A DNA stretch of 63,851 nt, filler included, from Basidiobolus ranarum (taxonomy: Eukaryota), in assembly GCA_040143965.1 (NCBI GenBank). It is 17 parts of 17 records of this genome, joined end to end, with 100 filler letters (N's around TTAATTAATTAA, not from the genome) between each part and the next. Parts side by side here need not be neighbours in the genome. Positions count along the whole stretch, not along the records: positions 48,938 to 52,592 come from JASJQH010009226.1; positions 52,693 to 56,346 come from JASJQH010009227.1; positions 56,447 to 60,099 come from JASJQH010009228.1; positions 60,200 to 63,851 come from JASJQH010009229.1; 13 more parts are not named here. One strand, written 5' to 3'. Below, piece by piece: positions 48,938 through 61,999 of the stretch. Every line of letters starts with the position of its first letter. Positions within the stretch are counted from its first letter, which is position 1. Under the pieces are notes generated by a model. That model was not told where the DNA came from and made no database searches. It saw nothing but the letters and a program-made list of their open reading frames with translations. Both the position numbers and the translations under genes were made by a program.

Positions 48938-50160
48938 CATATTAATTCGAATTCCTGCAGCAGTAAACCCAGAAATTTGCCACTCAAAAAATATATTTTT
49001 TCAAAAATTGCTGGATATTGAATAACGCATGCCAAATTTGAGGATCAATATTTTAACATGTATGAATACTGTTAAGATACTGTTGAGAAACCGCCATCAC
49101 ATCATCAAAGTTCCTGGCAGAATGCAAGCCAATGATATTGTGATGGCTCTCTGACGGCTTTGCTATTTCAGAGGGTGGATCAGATCCGGATCAAATTGAT
49201 TTTATTTTTGTTAGGGTAATATGCTTTACCAGCAAACTGATGGTGGAAAAATTGCTACACATGTGAATTTTTGAATAGCACTGATACTTGGCAAATATCT
49301 AACTCTTGTTACCATTGAAATGAGAATGTGCTCTTTGATTTTGGCAAATTTCTGTAAAGAATTTAGGCAAAATATCCCCAACTTGCAGTCAACAAATGTC
49401 CTGCCATAAGTAGATGTGTCATTGCTTGAATAGATTGCCACATGGCCAAAACAAAAATACTGCATATCTCAATCTATTTTGCAAGAAGTCTGTCTTGCAG
49501 CTTTCTTAGAAACACCATCAGATTATCATAGAAACAAACTAGTCCAAATTATAGAGATGCTTACTCTGAGTCCATGGATTGGGTTTTGTTGCTGTTATTG
49601 TGCTCAAATAATGCAAAAGCTCATGAGCTCATTGAAAAGAGTCCTTTGTTGCAAGGTTAATATACTCTGGAGTCTCCTTAACCCATTGCATTACATTCAT
49701 CACTGATCTTGCCAATACATTCTAAATCAGGTTATCATTTGGTATACTGACAATTTTGCACCAAGCATCATTTCACCACAGGTGTGCCCCATTGGGTACT
49801 CCCAGAATGTATAGCAAGGGCCTATAATCCCTAAGCATTGTGAAAGATGCAGTAGGGAGTGTATTGAATACCAGCATAGAGTCAGTCTATCTTCTTTAAA
49901 CCTGTAATAAAGTTTTCATATCCAATTGAAAAATCTTTGCACAGATGCTGTGTCTACCTGAGATGTGCCAATGTGATTTATGCTCTAAGAATATATTAAC
50001 AATAACCACAAACATCTCCCAATGGTGCCAATACTTATCTGGCAGAAATCTGTTTAAGAATTCACTTGAATATATACAAATCCAATACTTCAAGTCTGTG
50101 CACTTGTATAAATGCCTGAATGAGTGGATATTGATGGGAGTCCTGGTGAAATATGATGGT
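48938..50160 (-). mobile_element. CACTA/CMC remnant: transposase C-terminal part and terminal region
   Basis: Minus strand SYFTRTPINIH...KYWICIYSSEFLNRFLPDKYWHHWEMFV...NIHSLLHL...IIGPCYTFWEYPM..TCG; terminus GTTAGGG at about 49217. Confidence 0.8.
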
Positions 50161-50579
50161 ATTATATGTAAACCCCACTAGCAAGTAAAGGATTTCTTTC
50201 AGAATTTCAGGATAACAAGAGACATGAGCATCAATGCACACTATATAGGACAGATTATACTCGAGATTCTAATCCCAACTTATCAATCAAAGGAAATAAT
50301 TTGTAAGCTTCAACAAAGTAGTATGATACTGAACATGCCAGACAACCCATGCTCCACCAGGGGCCTGGGAACATGTTCAATAGCTTACTGGATAGAGACA
50401 GAATAGCATTGGCAAAAGACATGGCACTCAATTGGAACCACAGACAAATATACAAGGACAATGTAGCTGGGAGATGGTACTGGGAATATGCCATGTGCCT
50501 GAATTTGCATCCCCCAGACATACATGCGTGCATCATACCAATTATGAGCTAGGATATATAATGCTGAAAATAGTTAATG

Positions 50580-52440
50580 GAAGATGAAGTTGAAGATCAT
50601 CTTTCAAAATATTAGGGGAGCACATATTAAAATCAGTCAAATCAACCAATTCCTGGACATCAACACCATTGAAGTTCTTGTTCTGTGTGAAACATGGCTT
50701 ACTAATGTTGATGTTAGCATTACCTAAACATCAACATAGTCATATATAGCTTAGTACTTAGCTATCTTATATCTCACTACAATATCATCTATGATTTGCA
50801 ATTGGAATTTAGATAGAATATTTTTACCAACTGAGAAGTTCTCAGTTATATATATTTTTTAAACTTGCATTAGAAGCCCCAAACTTGTATACATGTTCCT
50901 GGCACCATTATTAACACATTCTACACATTAGCTTGTTTATATCCTGACAAAACTATAAATGTCAACTCTCTACTCAAATATCGATAAGTGATAACCACCA
51001 ATTTCTCTGATTCTCCAAACCACTTCCAACAGGCTCCTAAATACTTTAACAACCAAGGTCCAAAAAGCATATTTTTGGGGCCAACAAATATACCAGAAAG
51101 CTGCACAATATCAAACAGACCAATCAACAAGGGGGAGACCAAAAGGAGGGAGTACTGTCCTTTGAAATCCTATAATGGTACTAGGCTTAAGACTGATATG
51201 CTACAACCCAATGGAAGATATAGTGTGAGCCTACTTTGGTCCAACAATTGTATTCATTAGCTACCTTAGTCCCAACACTCCTAAAAATTCTCTTCACAAG
51301 TTCTTTGAATGAGAGAAAGTAATATTTCCCCAGATATATGGATTGGCAATTTTAAAACCAGATCAGGGGATCTAATAAATAGCAACCACTACAATGCCTA
51401 AGGACACATCCAAGCTCATGCATTGAACACTAAGAGGTCAAAACACATAGTCCCAGATAATAGCACTTATACCTTCAATACACATATTGGTAAAAGCACA
51501 ATTGATCTGATTCTAACTCACTTGAAAATCAATGAAGACAAGAAACATCTATACCTATGGGGAGAAATAAGCACAAGCTTTATAGAGTATAACCTGGCTC
51601 TGATTCAGATAGACACAGACACTAGAATCATCAAGCATAATCAAATAATTTAGCTATACTGGAGACCCTGGGAATTACAATATGTAAGAGAAAGCATCCA
51701 AATTCATAAAAAAAAAACTACTTTTGATCCACAAATTGAGGACCCAACTAGGAAGGCATCAGATACCTTGAAGCAAATGATCATAGAGGTGGTGAGACTA
51801 CTATGCTAAACTATGAAGAAGGAGAATAACTCCCTCAAAATGCAACAAGAAGCAATCAAAAACTCTATTCAAGTATTGACACAAGGCTTATAGGAGGCAA
51901 ATGCATGCTTTGAAACCATTATATCATTAAAGACCAACTAGAAATGGTTTTGGTTGGATGCCCTGGAGACTCTTAAAAAGTCCTAGTGATCAGCATATTG
52001 TGGTTGGCAATGATATATCAACATGAATAGTAGAAAACAATATGGACTAAACTTCAATATATGTAATCACAGATCAAACAAATACCAAATAAGGAATGCA
52101 ATCAAAGATATTGTAAATATAGTTACCAAATGGACATGTTTAACACATATGAAATGTGTAGAAGAACCAAATGCATGGTGAATCCAAGATCTCAAATAGC
52201 ACAAAATATCACATCAAAACTGACAAAGCTATTCTTTACAAAATACAGTATAGGTTCATGCAAATTTTCAAATCAAAAAGGCAAACCCTATCCACCAGCC
52301 CTGTCTTGTAAACATGCTATTCTTGGTGCTAAGGTGGTGGATAGAGTATGTGGACAATTTGGAAGTAAATCATAGGTGGATAGACAACAAGTTTGAAAAG
52401 CTTTGAATATTAATGGAGCAAGTGTTATTGCCAATCCAGA
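50580..52440 (+). mobile_element. Degenerate LINE (APE endonuclease region) interrupted by a solo LTR
   Basis: FQNIRG...EVLVLCETWLT, then after the insertion WIGNF.TR and TYTFNTHIGKSTIDLILT, which are APE-domain motifs. The 3' limit is approximate. Confidence 0.75.
50706..51051 (+). mobile_element. Solo LTR, family B, inserted in the LINE
   Basis: TGTTG...TTAACA ends; imperfect TSD ACTAA/ACCAA. Confidence 0.88.
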
Positions 52441-54506
52441 GAGCTCCAAAAACCCTAACAGAAATTTGAGGATTGTTATCATAGGAAAACCGTCACAATT
52501 TTAATCCATTTGGGGTCAACCGTTTACTTACCATCATAAAATCGTCAAGTTAGATTTGATTTTAATCAATTTTTTCAGTTTCAGGAGTGAAANNNNNNNN
52601 NNNNNNNNNNNNNNNNNNNNNNNNNNNNNNNNNNNNTTAATTAATTAANNNNNNNNNNNNNNNNNNNNNNNNNNNNNNNNNNNNNNNNNNNNTAAATCCA
52701 GCTCAATACTTAAGATGACTGCATCGACTACCTGCGTATTATTATATGCTGAGTTACCCTCATTAGTAGTCCACCCGTGTAAGGCACACCACTGCTGGTC
52801 ACTCATACCTTCCACGCTGCGATACGCAGAGTTGACTTGAAAGCTACGTGGCGGGGTATCCCATAAAGGTCTAACTACATATCCAAAATCACGCCAAAGT
52901 GTAAAAATGTTACCGAAAAGTAAAGTACATAGAAAGAAACACTAATTACGAAGTTACTAAGGGAGTTGTGATGACTGTTTTGAGGAGATCAAAAATTTGT
53001 CTTTTCTCAACATTATTGACCTATATATACTATCGCTCAAAACTGATTCACCTTTTTGCATGCATATCTCGTCATTTACACAACTATTTTAACTACATAT
53101 ATATAAAGAAAATGCTGCTTTTCAGCCATCAATTTATTAAAGGTCACTTCTGAAATAGTACTTTCTCCAACATCTTCATAATTTGCTAAGTGTTGGTGAA
53201 AAAAATGTCTGGATCAGAAATCAAAGTTGAAGAGGCCATGTTCTGTTACGATTATAGCTGAAAATACATGCACCAAAAATGAGCTCTATTCAATGGAATA
53301 TCTCTAGCAGCTTAACAGATTGCATACAAGCTAATTGAATGGAATGTGGTGGCACCAAAATCTTTGAAATTGAGAGCAAAAGTTTGTGGAACTAAAATCT
53401 CAATATATAGCTGATAATGTACAATCTTAGTGTAAAAAACAAGTTGCGCTCAAAACTGATTCACTCGCTGCTCTGAATATAAGTGTGTATAATATCGCCA
53501 AGATGGGTGGAATCACTTTCATAACATGAAGGGCTGTCCTTTAGGTTCTGCTTAAGCAGTGTGACAAATAGCACGCTAAAACATTGAGTAAATGACGAAG
53601 TATTGTCATTTGAAAAGTTCATGCAAAAAATGAATCAGTAATGAGCGCTAGTGTATCAAGTCATCTCAACTTAGGAAATGGTTCATGCGCGGACAATACT
53701 TAATCTCAAATTGAATGAATATTTAGCTCCCCTTAACACCGACAGTAAGGAATTCTTGGTAGGCGTTATTCTAAACACAATTTCAATATGTATTCTATTT
53801 TTTTGATTGTGGTGGAGACTCTGCATCTTCAATATTTTCTACGGCTTACGCTTTATGATCATTCGATGTTCAATCTTATGAATACTGTAATTAGAAGAAG
53901 CGCCGTTAAGTACCAAAATATATGAAAAAGCTATAAATTTCATATCAAGCGAGTCAATCGATGAATGCCCGAATTACAAATAGAATTAAATTTTTCAAAA
54001 AAATAACAGCAATAGTGTAAAGTAATGGTAATAAAGACATTAGCTTACAATGGAACTCCTAATTACTTGAATGTGAATAAAGTGAACAAGGTCGCAATGT
54101 GTAACTGCAAGATGCGATGCAGCTAGAGTAGAAGATTTGCTGTGCATTACTTGGCATGCCAAATTGAAGCCTCCTGTTTTGCGGGAACTGGCTACGCTTA
54201 GCCATTTTACATTTGACTGCTAAATCTCGCTTGGTATTTCCAATTATTAAGCATATATATACCTAAGACAATTTGATCGAACAAGATCATCCTCGATTTT
54301 TTTATTGATCTTTTTTATCTCTTTTTCGTTAATTTTTTCGGTAGGTGTTTATTACCATGAAATTGATAACATACGTTCTCAGTCTACCTTGTCAAGTAAT
54401 TTACCATCAGATGTTACCCTAAGGGTTTAGGTTACTGCAGCCACTTTTGAGTATGATTTATAAGCACAGTGGATGTATTTATTTAAGCTTAGAATCATGA
54501 ATGTAC

Positions 54507-54934
54507 TTAGTTACATCCAGTGGAGCCATTTTTGTTAGCTTTGTACCAACCACATGAGGCCTTATAAGTACTGTTATAAGCGCTCTGTTGAGGAATTGGG
54601 CAATCAACCATACAAATTCCGGCACTGGTCATGAAGGGGATAAAATTGGGATTGGCACGATCACATTGTAATCCCAAAGATTTTACGAAGAAAGGACTGG
54701 CAAGATCATTGCTATAATCATCGAATAATTGAATACCTGCTTGCTGATAATGAAAAGTGAAATGGATTAGCTCGGAAGTTTCATATCATTAAATTCACTA
54801 AGTAAACGTACCATATTGCAGCCATCGATACAAGCACCAGCGGAAGGAATGTTGTAGCAGTTAGCAGGAGCAGCATCAATAACGCTCGTAGCACCTAAGA
54901 CGGAGAGAAGAAAACAGAAGAACTTGGAAGACAT
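54507..54934 (-). CDS. Small secreted 8-Cys protein, 119 aa, two exons (54934-54812, 54743-54507); not in the ORF track
   Basis: MSSKFFCFLLSVLGATSVIDA-APANCYNIPSAGACIDGCNM/QAGIQLFDDYSNDLASPFFVKSLGLQCDRANPNFIPFMTSAGICMVDCPIPQQSAYNSTYKASCGWYKANKNGSTGCN. The 68-nt GTACGT...CAG intron has a GCTAAT branch site and is phase 0; TATAAAA upstream. Confidence 0.85.
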
Positions 54935-56446
54935 GATAACAAGAATGATTTGATGTGATTTAGAACGATTCTCCTCTCTTTTTTATAGAGAAGAACAGTG
55001 GATGCTACCCAATAAGCATACCCTTATTGGTATTGACAAAAACGGCAGCCATTCTTTCCCTATAACAAAACGTTTTCGGCGGTGTCACCTGAAAATATTG
55101 ATATATTTATGTACTTTACTTTCTTTTACATTAAGTTTTGAATGCTGGTTCAAGTGAGCTTGGGGTCTAAGGTCACACCTTATGACTAACGACATCACAT
55201 TTGCCTGATATTGAAAGTAATTTTCAAATTGACTAGGGCGGCCCATTCTCTCATATGTTCCACTTGTACCTTCGGTTAACATTCTAATAAGGCAAATAGT
55301 CAACCATATCAACATAGATCAGATAATGAAGAAGTTTCTCAACTCAAACAAATTTTACATATAACATAAATTAATAATAAGCTTTAAGTATATTTTCAGA
55401 TTTTTAAATGACATCAATTGAATGAGAAAAACCGAACCATCACTTATTGCTAAAGTCAATTCATGCATCCAACGTCTGTAAAAGGATGTATCAGTTGAAA
55501 CGCTGGTGAGAAAAGTGTATACCAAACCTTGAATTATCAGATTTAGGAGGTAAAACATCTGTACTGCATACCATATATAGCAGATCTGATAATTAGTGCC
55601 ATTTATCTGATGTAGATCCAATAATATTGATGAAAATACTGCATGCTAAATAGATACGTACTATACAAAGAACATTATGTACGTGAACTGAGCCATTATA
55701 GAATGAAATATAGTAGAATAATGGTATTTTTTCATCAGACTGTGTTATGGCATCGAATACTTAGAAGTCATCATATTCAAGATGAAAGGTTAGCTGAAAC
55801 CGCAGTATGTAATGGAAGATGAGGTAGACTCACTATCTTACATTACAGATTTCAGATAACCATGTTGGATTGCCCCAAATGTAACAGATTTCGGTTCATG
55901 ATGATCATTTTTCCAGTAGCTTACGTGGTAAATCGCAGTGCTAATAATATGGAGTTTTCTCACATCTACATAAGCAATCATGAACTGGACGTGGCACTGG
56001 TAAATAACTTCCCAGTGGTGAAGATTTACTGAGTAATATTGAGATATAGTGAGTTATCTCTCATTTTACCAGTAATGTTGACTGAGCGACTTGATGAAAG
56101 AAAGGGAAACTTGGTAAATGTTTCCATGATTATGCAAAGTCCACCAATCCTATGAATGGATGACCTAAATTCCATGATTATGTCACAGCATTTACGTAAC
56201 GTTTGAAGTAGTATTCATCTTGCATGAAAACATGATCACCTCTTTACACGTATAAATTTGGGAGCACAGAGTTTTAAGAAAAATCATTAACCTTGAATAT
56301 CAAACAATATCACGTAATTCGACTACTTCGCTTTAAACTAAACCTTNNNNNNNNNNNNNNNNNNNNNNNNNNNNNNNNNNNNNNNNNNNNTTAATTAATT
56401 AANNNNNNNNNNNNNNNNNNNNNNNNNNNNNNNNNNNNNNNNNNNN

Positions 56447-57462
56447 AATGGCCTGGTGTATTGCAGTACTTGCTGATGATTGAATACCTGTTAAGAGCAC
56501 ATGATTGAAGCCTGTTGGATGTTTTACAGCTCCAAAAAATGCCTGTTCTGCCTTTTTTTGTTGAGAATGAGTCCTCCTTAATTCCTCCTTCAATAGCCTA
56601 GCACCAATATATTCCATTGTTAATGGCTCTGATCTTGATTCTAGGGCAATTATGAGATTCTTAAACTTCTCTAGCAGGCTCACAAGTAGTATTATGACTA
56701 AGTTATCTTCATTTAGAGATGATCCAATGGAGGAAAGCTGGTCTGCCATAGTTTTCATCTAATTTATATGATCAAGCGTAGAATCATCAGATTTTGGCTG
56801 AATTGAGAGTAACTTTTGCCAGATATATAGCCTATTAGCCAGATTTTTATCACATATAGTCACTCAAGTATTTCCCAAGCAGTTTGGGCATTTTTAGCTG
56901 ATTGTAAGTGCCTCACTTGGGATTCTGTGAGATGCAGACAAAATATAAATAGTGCTTTCCTCTGCTTCTTAAGAGAGGCAAGGATAGCTTCTAGTGGTGC
57001 CTTGTGCTTAATTTTTTCTCCTGTAACAGATCCCAAATCTTGAACTTCCGAAGATGAAAGCTTTACTGTTAAACTTCTCTGTGGATGCCACAAAATTGGC
57101 AATAGTACTGGAAGATATTTCTTTAACAGCTAGCTCAGGGCTCATAACCTGGTAAAAGTGTTTAGAGGGTATGAGAGTGTTTTGAACAAGATTTGAACCT
57201 GTGAATTGGAAATGTAACTTTTATTAAATTGAATATGTCCTATTTATAGTTTACTATGAAATTCAACTACTGGATGTGCCTAGAGCATAACAAACATGCC
57301 TGTGAAGCATGAGTGAAATTTCAACGTGATTTGGAGAGATTTTGAGAAAATAGTGGAAATTGGTAAAAGTGATCTATTTGATAGCACAATTGAGTGCTAA
57401 ATAATCCGAATAAAAATAAACTAACTACCATACAATGAGTTGCTATTTATCTAATTTCAACA
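56447..57462 (-). mobile_element. Copia (family A) 5' LTR, PBS and gag
   Basis: LTR 57150-57462 matches 41651-42002; PBS GGTTATGAGCCC at 57138-57149; gag homologous to 44462-45076. Confidence 0.92.
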
Positions 57463-57479
57463 ATTCATATCAAAATCAA

Positions 57480-59540
57480 AAGATCCAATGAGCAATAATT
57501 AATCTGCTGGTTGCTGAGCCATACTATATTGGGATCAACTAACATCAAAATGGTATGGCATAGTAATGGGTATTGACAGCCTGGGGCAGCACAAGAATCA
57601 GCTCAAACATGTTGGGCAGGCACAATGCATAGGTTCATGTAACCTGATAGAAGGGTAGGAATAGGATCAGCTGATCTTGATTGGAATATGATTAACAGAC
57701 TGTCATGTGACCTACTATGAGTAGTCATGAATGCATAGAATAACTGCTCACTTATACTGATTGATTGCTAGATACCTGTTACTAATTGTACTGCTATTAC
57801 TCATTGGGTGATAACATTGACTTATCAGTAGAGCTGACATACTTAAGTACTGAATATTGAATAACTTAACTATACCTGGGCTGCTATTGCGTAGCAAATT
57901 ATAACAATTTTCCCCTCCAAGGATGTGAAGGCTCTCCAGAGTCTTTCTTCTTGTGGTACTGATGTTTGGTTAGTAGAGCTTCTTGTTAAAGTCTGGAAGC
58001 TTTAGGTATGCCCAGCAAATTGCGTATCCTTTGGAGACTGCTTGTTCATCCTCTTGCTGATATATCTGGAATGGTCATTCTTTGATAATTTGAGAGGTCC
58101 TGGCCAAAGAGATTCAATCTTCTCCATGGTGCCTCTCTTAACAGCACAAAAATTCCTTCAGATATTTGTTTTGAGTTTAGAGTATTATGAAAACAAGTTT
58201 TAAATTTGGAAGTACTGGCTTCAACTTGGGCTTTTGCTGCATTTCTCTCCTGACTAAGCTTCTACTTTGCTGCAGTTTGGCTCAGTTCATCTTCTAGAAA
58301 GTTGGTGAGTTTTGGTACTAATGCATCTCTTGGAATATTTGGTTGATATCCTTAGACTAAGTGGAAAGTGGACTCAAGTTTGAACTATGTACTGGGATAG
58401 GGCTGGCAAAAAAGGTTTGATTGATGTACCCAACCCACTTGTGTGTTGCTCCATTGGCTTACTCATATAGCATCTTGCCAAAAAGTCCAATTAATCTTGT
58501 AGTGACTCCATTGGTTCTTGGATGATGTGCAGAGGTCTTGAAATACTTGATATTTTGAAGTTCCAAATAGGCCCAAAGTTTTTGTGCCACAAAATTGGCA
58601 CCCTAGTCCAAAAGAATCCCAGCAGGGCATCCCAATTTTAGAAAAATTTTATGGAAGATAAAACTTGCAACTTCTTCATCACTCACATTAGGTATTGCAT
58701 TTGGCAACTAGCCACTTGATTGCATGGTTAAAGGCAAGAAGAACCTAGTAGTTATTGCTTCTGCTAGTGGGTAGTTTTTCTATGAAATCAATTCTGCATC
58801 TTCCAAATGGTCTTACTGGTGCCAAAGAGAACAATTCTGCATATTGCTGGGTTTGGCTCTGATTGATTTGACAACCAGGGTAAGCCTTGACTAGTTTCTC
58901 TGTATCACTCTTCATCTTTGCCTACAGGCTCTGGTCTTTGATAGGCTGAGAGTTCCTTCAGTTCCTGGATGCCCATAGCCATCATGCAGTTTGTGAACAA
59001 TGTCCATTCAGTTGAGATAGGGGTGGAAAGGTAATGGCTGGTTATCCAGAACATGCTAGAGACTTTTTTCTTATACAGTTAATTTTCTGCATGAGGACTA
59101 ATTACATTGTGTACTTCCTTCCCAGCTTGTTCTGAGAATGTTTAGTTGTTCAACCATTGTGGTAATAATACAGACAGTCAGATTATTCAGCAACTTCAAT
59201 TTCCTTATGATTATCAACTCAAGACAGAGCATCTGCTATAATATTGACTTTTCTAGGTCAACATGCAATATCCTGGTCAAAATGTTGCTGGTATTCACTC
59301 CATCATGCCATTCTTCCCAGTAGTACCTTTTGGATCCTAACATACTTCAAAAAGTCAATGCAACATCATAAGACTTGTTCCATTTTATTGAGCCAGATCA
59401 GGGCAGCTAAAAAGTGTGCTGGCACAAATTGGCATGATTGGGCTCTATCCAGCACAATGTTATTTACCATTTTGGAAACAGTTTATTTTACTTATATGGT
59501 ATATTTAAAGAGTACTTTTAGACATTATTGCACATTCACA
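57480..59540 (-). mobile_element. Degenerate Ty3/gypsy pol (integrase), PPT and probable 3' LTR
   Basis: LHDGYGHPG, IDFIEKLPTS, LGCPAGILLD*GANF, TSAHHPRTNG; purine tract at about 57907-57917, then TGTTATAA at 57906. Outer limits are approximate. Confidence 0.8.
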
Positions 59541-59629
59541 AGATGATGAAAGCTCTATTTATAGCGTCTCAAGTCTAGAGCTCTCAATGGATATCTTTCA
59601 TTATGAATGTATTGAGTATTGATCAAGAC

Positions 59630-60099
59630 TTAGACTATTTTGCCTAACTTTGATTGAGGCCTACAAAATGATTTTCCTCTATACTTTCCTGCTACAATGC
59701 TATATCTTGTTAGGAAACCAAAGCTATGTTCTACTCTTGCTCTAAAATGGGAGAAAATATCATTATAAAGCTTTTGCCTCTCTGAGAGTATCCCTCCTCT
59801 GGGCCTCTTGTTAGCACTGACACATCCTAGCCATCCACATTCTTCCCTTACATATGCCAAATCAGCCATAGCCTTCTCATATATTACAAATGGTGCATCT
59901 CTCTCAACCCAAAGCCTTTTGTCATGGTGTCTCCCTGTAATGTGGCCTACTAAGCCAAATGATGATTCCTTCCAAATGTGTCAAAGCCTGGAATGTTAAA
60001 CAGTGGGCTTTGCACTTGCCAGAATAGAATAGCTTTTGGTTGCTTTTGGGCCTGTTAATTCTAACTGGAAATGTGTCAAGAATACTTCTGATATGAACA
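59630..60099 (-). mobile_element. PIF/Harbinger-type (DDE_Tnp_4) transposase fragment
   Basis: LDTFPVRINRP...FYSGKCKAH...GRHHD...ADLAY...QKLYN...RARVEHSFGFL. Confidence 0.82.
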
Positions 60100-60199
60100 N
60101 NNNNNNNNNNNNNNNNNNNNNNNNNNNNNNNNNNNNNNNNNNNTTAATTAATTAANNNNNNNNNNNNNNNNNNNNNNNNNNNNNNNNNNNNNNNNNNNN

Positions 60200-60647
60200 A
60201 TCTTGACAAAACTATAAATGTCAACTTTCTACTCAATAAATCAATAAGTGAAAACCACCAATTCCTCTACTTCTCCAAACCACTTCCAACAGGCTCCCAA
60301 ATACTTTAACAAATTCTCCAAACCACTTCCAACAGGCTCCCAAATACTTTAATAGTTATCTTATAATTCACTAAGATATTATGCAGTATTCTCAGTTGGA
60401 ACTTACTTTGAATATTGACACCAACTTAGAAGTTCTCCAATACATAATTTTTTCAAACTTGTGCTAGAAGCCCCAAACTTTGCACACATGTTCCTGGGAC
60501 ATTCCTTTACACATTATACATGTTAGTTTGCTTATATCTTGACAAAACTATAAATGTCAACTGAATACTCAATAAATCAACAAGTGAAAACCACCAATCT
60601 CTCTAATTCTCCAAACCACTTCCAACAGGCTCTCAAATACATTAACA
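60200..60647 (+). mobile_element. Tandemly stacked LTR family B fragments
   Basis: The LTR 3' end CCAAACCACTTCCAACAGGCTC.CAAATAC occurs three times (about 60276, 60317 and 60611). Confidence 0.88.
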
Positions 60648-61372
60648 GTAGCCAATAATTTGAAGGATATTCAATAGAAGTTGGATTGACACTATTGTCC
60701 CAATATAATAAACTTCATATACTTATGCTGAAACCTAGACCTGCTTCAATATTTAGCAAGTTAATAGGCTTACATGAGTACTTCAATATTGGATGTAAGT
60801 GAGTTATATCAACTTTCATAGGATATGTAGAAGTTTAGTTTTCTATGCAGATCACTTATACTCCCTTTCTTTAATAAATATTATAAAGAAACTCAACGTA
60901 TCATTTGGAATGTTTTACAGACACTTCATATCTCTACACATTGTTATAAAATTTACATATAATAGTAAATCAGAAATGAATGAGGTCCATTATCAGTCAT
61001 TGGTAGAGAACTCAATGATCCACGAACTCGGATGAATTCCTTACAGTGATTCTATTTGACTCCAATTAACAATGGATAACACGTATAACATAGGCACAAG
61101 GAAATAACCGCTCGTAAAGAACCAATTTGGCACCAAAGGAACCTGACTCTCTACCTGGAGGGAATGAATAAGGAAGTATCAATAGAAAACGAATACCGAG
61201 ATACTGGCCAAGCCATATAGAAGAATGAATTTATTGAATAAAAACTGATAAAGATAACATCACGAACCAAGAGCAAGGCACTTGCATGAAAATGATATTA
61301 ATTTTAGCTGATAAAGAAATGCCGAAGAAAGTGAAATAAAATGATGAAGGAGATTTATGGAACGATCACTTT

Positions 61373-61999
61373 CTATACGGTAGTTGGTGTTGTTTCCTCG
61401 ATGACTTTGGGTTTTTCTACAATCTCCTTGGCTCTAACGACAAAGTCTACCTTAACTGGCAATTTGTCCGCCCCTAATCTCAAAGCCTCTTTGGCAATTT
61501 CCTCTCGCATTCCACCACCACCTATTTCAAACAGGATCTTTCCACGTGGTACTCGACAGGCCCAATGATCAAAGGCACCCTTACCTTTACCCATTCTAGT
61601 CTCGTTACCCTTTGAAGAAACTGGAATATCGGGGAAAACTCGGCACCAGAGTTGGGAGCCTTTAAGAGGCTTGATCTTTTTACGAATGGTGTTGGTTGCT
61701 GCAGTGATCTGATTGGCAGTTAAACGTACTCCATCTCTAACACGAAGGGCGTATTCTCCGAATGCAACGTAATTACCCTTGGTAGAGCCACCAGTACGAA
61801 CTGGAATACGACCCTTTTGAGCTTTACGATATTTGGTTTTACGTGGAGCCAATTGAGAAGCGTTACGACATTGAGTTAAGATGGGAGAGGCACGATAAAT
61901 AGTAGGCATGGAATTGAGTCCGATGGAGCTACCAAAGAAACCACGAGTGGTGGCTTGAACGTAACCAACGGTGTTTTTAAGTAAAGCAAAGCCGGACAT
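61373..61999 (-). CDS. MRPL16: Mitochondrial large-subunit ribosomal protein uL16m
   Basis: Presequence, then PRKTKYRKAQKGR, GGSTKG..VAFGEYAL, RVFPDIPVSSKGNETRMGKGKG, ILFEIGG, EALRLGADKLP; intronless. Confidence 0.96.
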   Translation of the reverse strand: MSGFALLKNTVGYVQATTRGFFGSSIGLNSMPTIYRASPILTQCRNASQLAPRKTKYRKAQKGRIPVRTGGSTKGNYVAFGEYALRVRDGVRLTANQITAATNTIRKKIKPLKGSQLWCRVFPDIPVSSKGNETRMGKGKGAFDHWACRVPRGKILFEIGGGGMREEIAKEALRLGADKLPVKVDFVVRAKEIVEKPKVIEETTPTTV

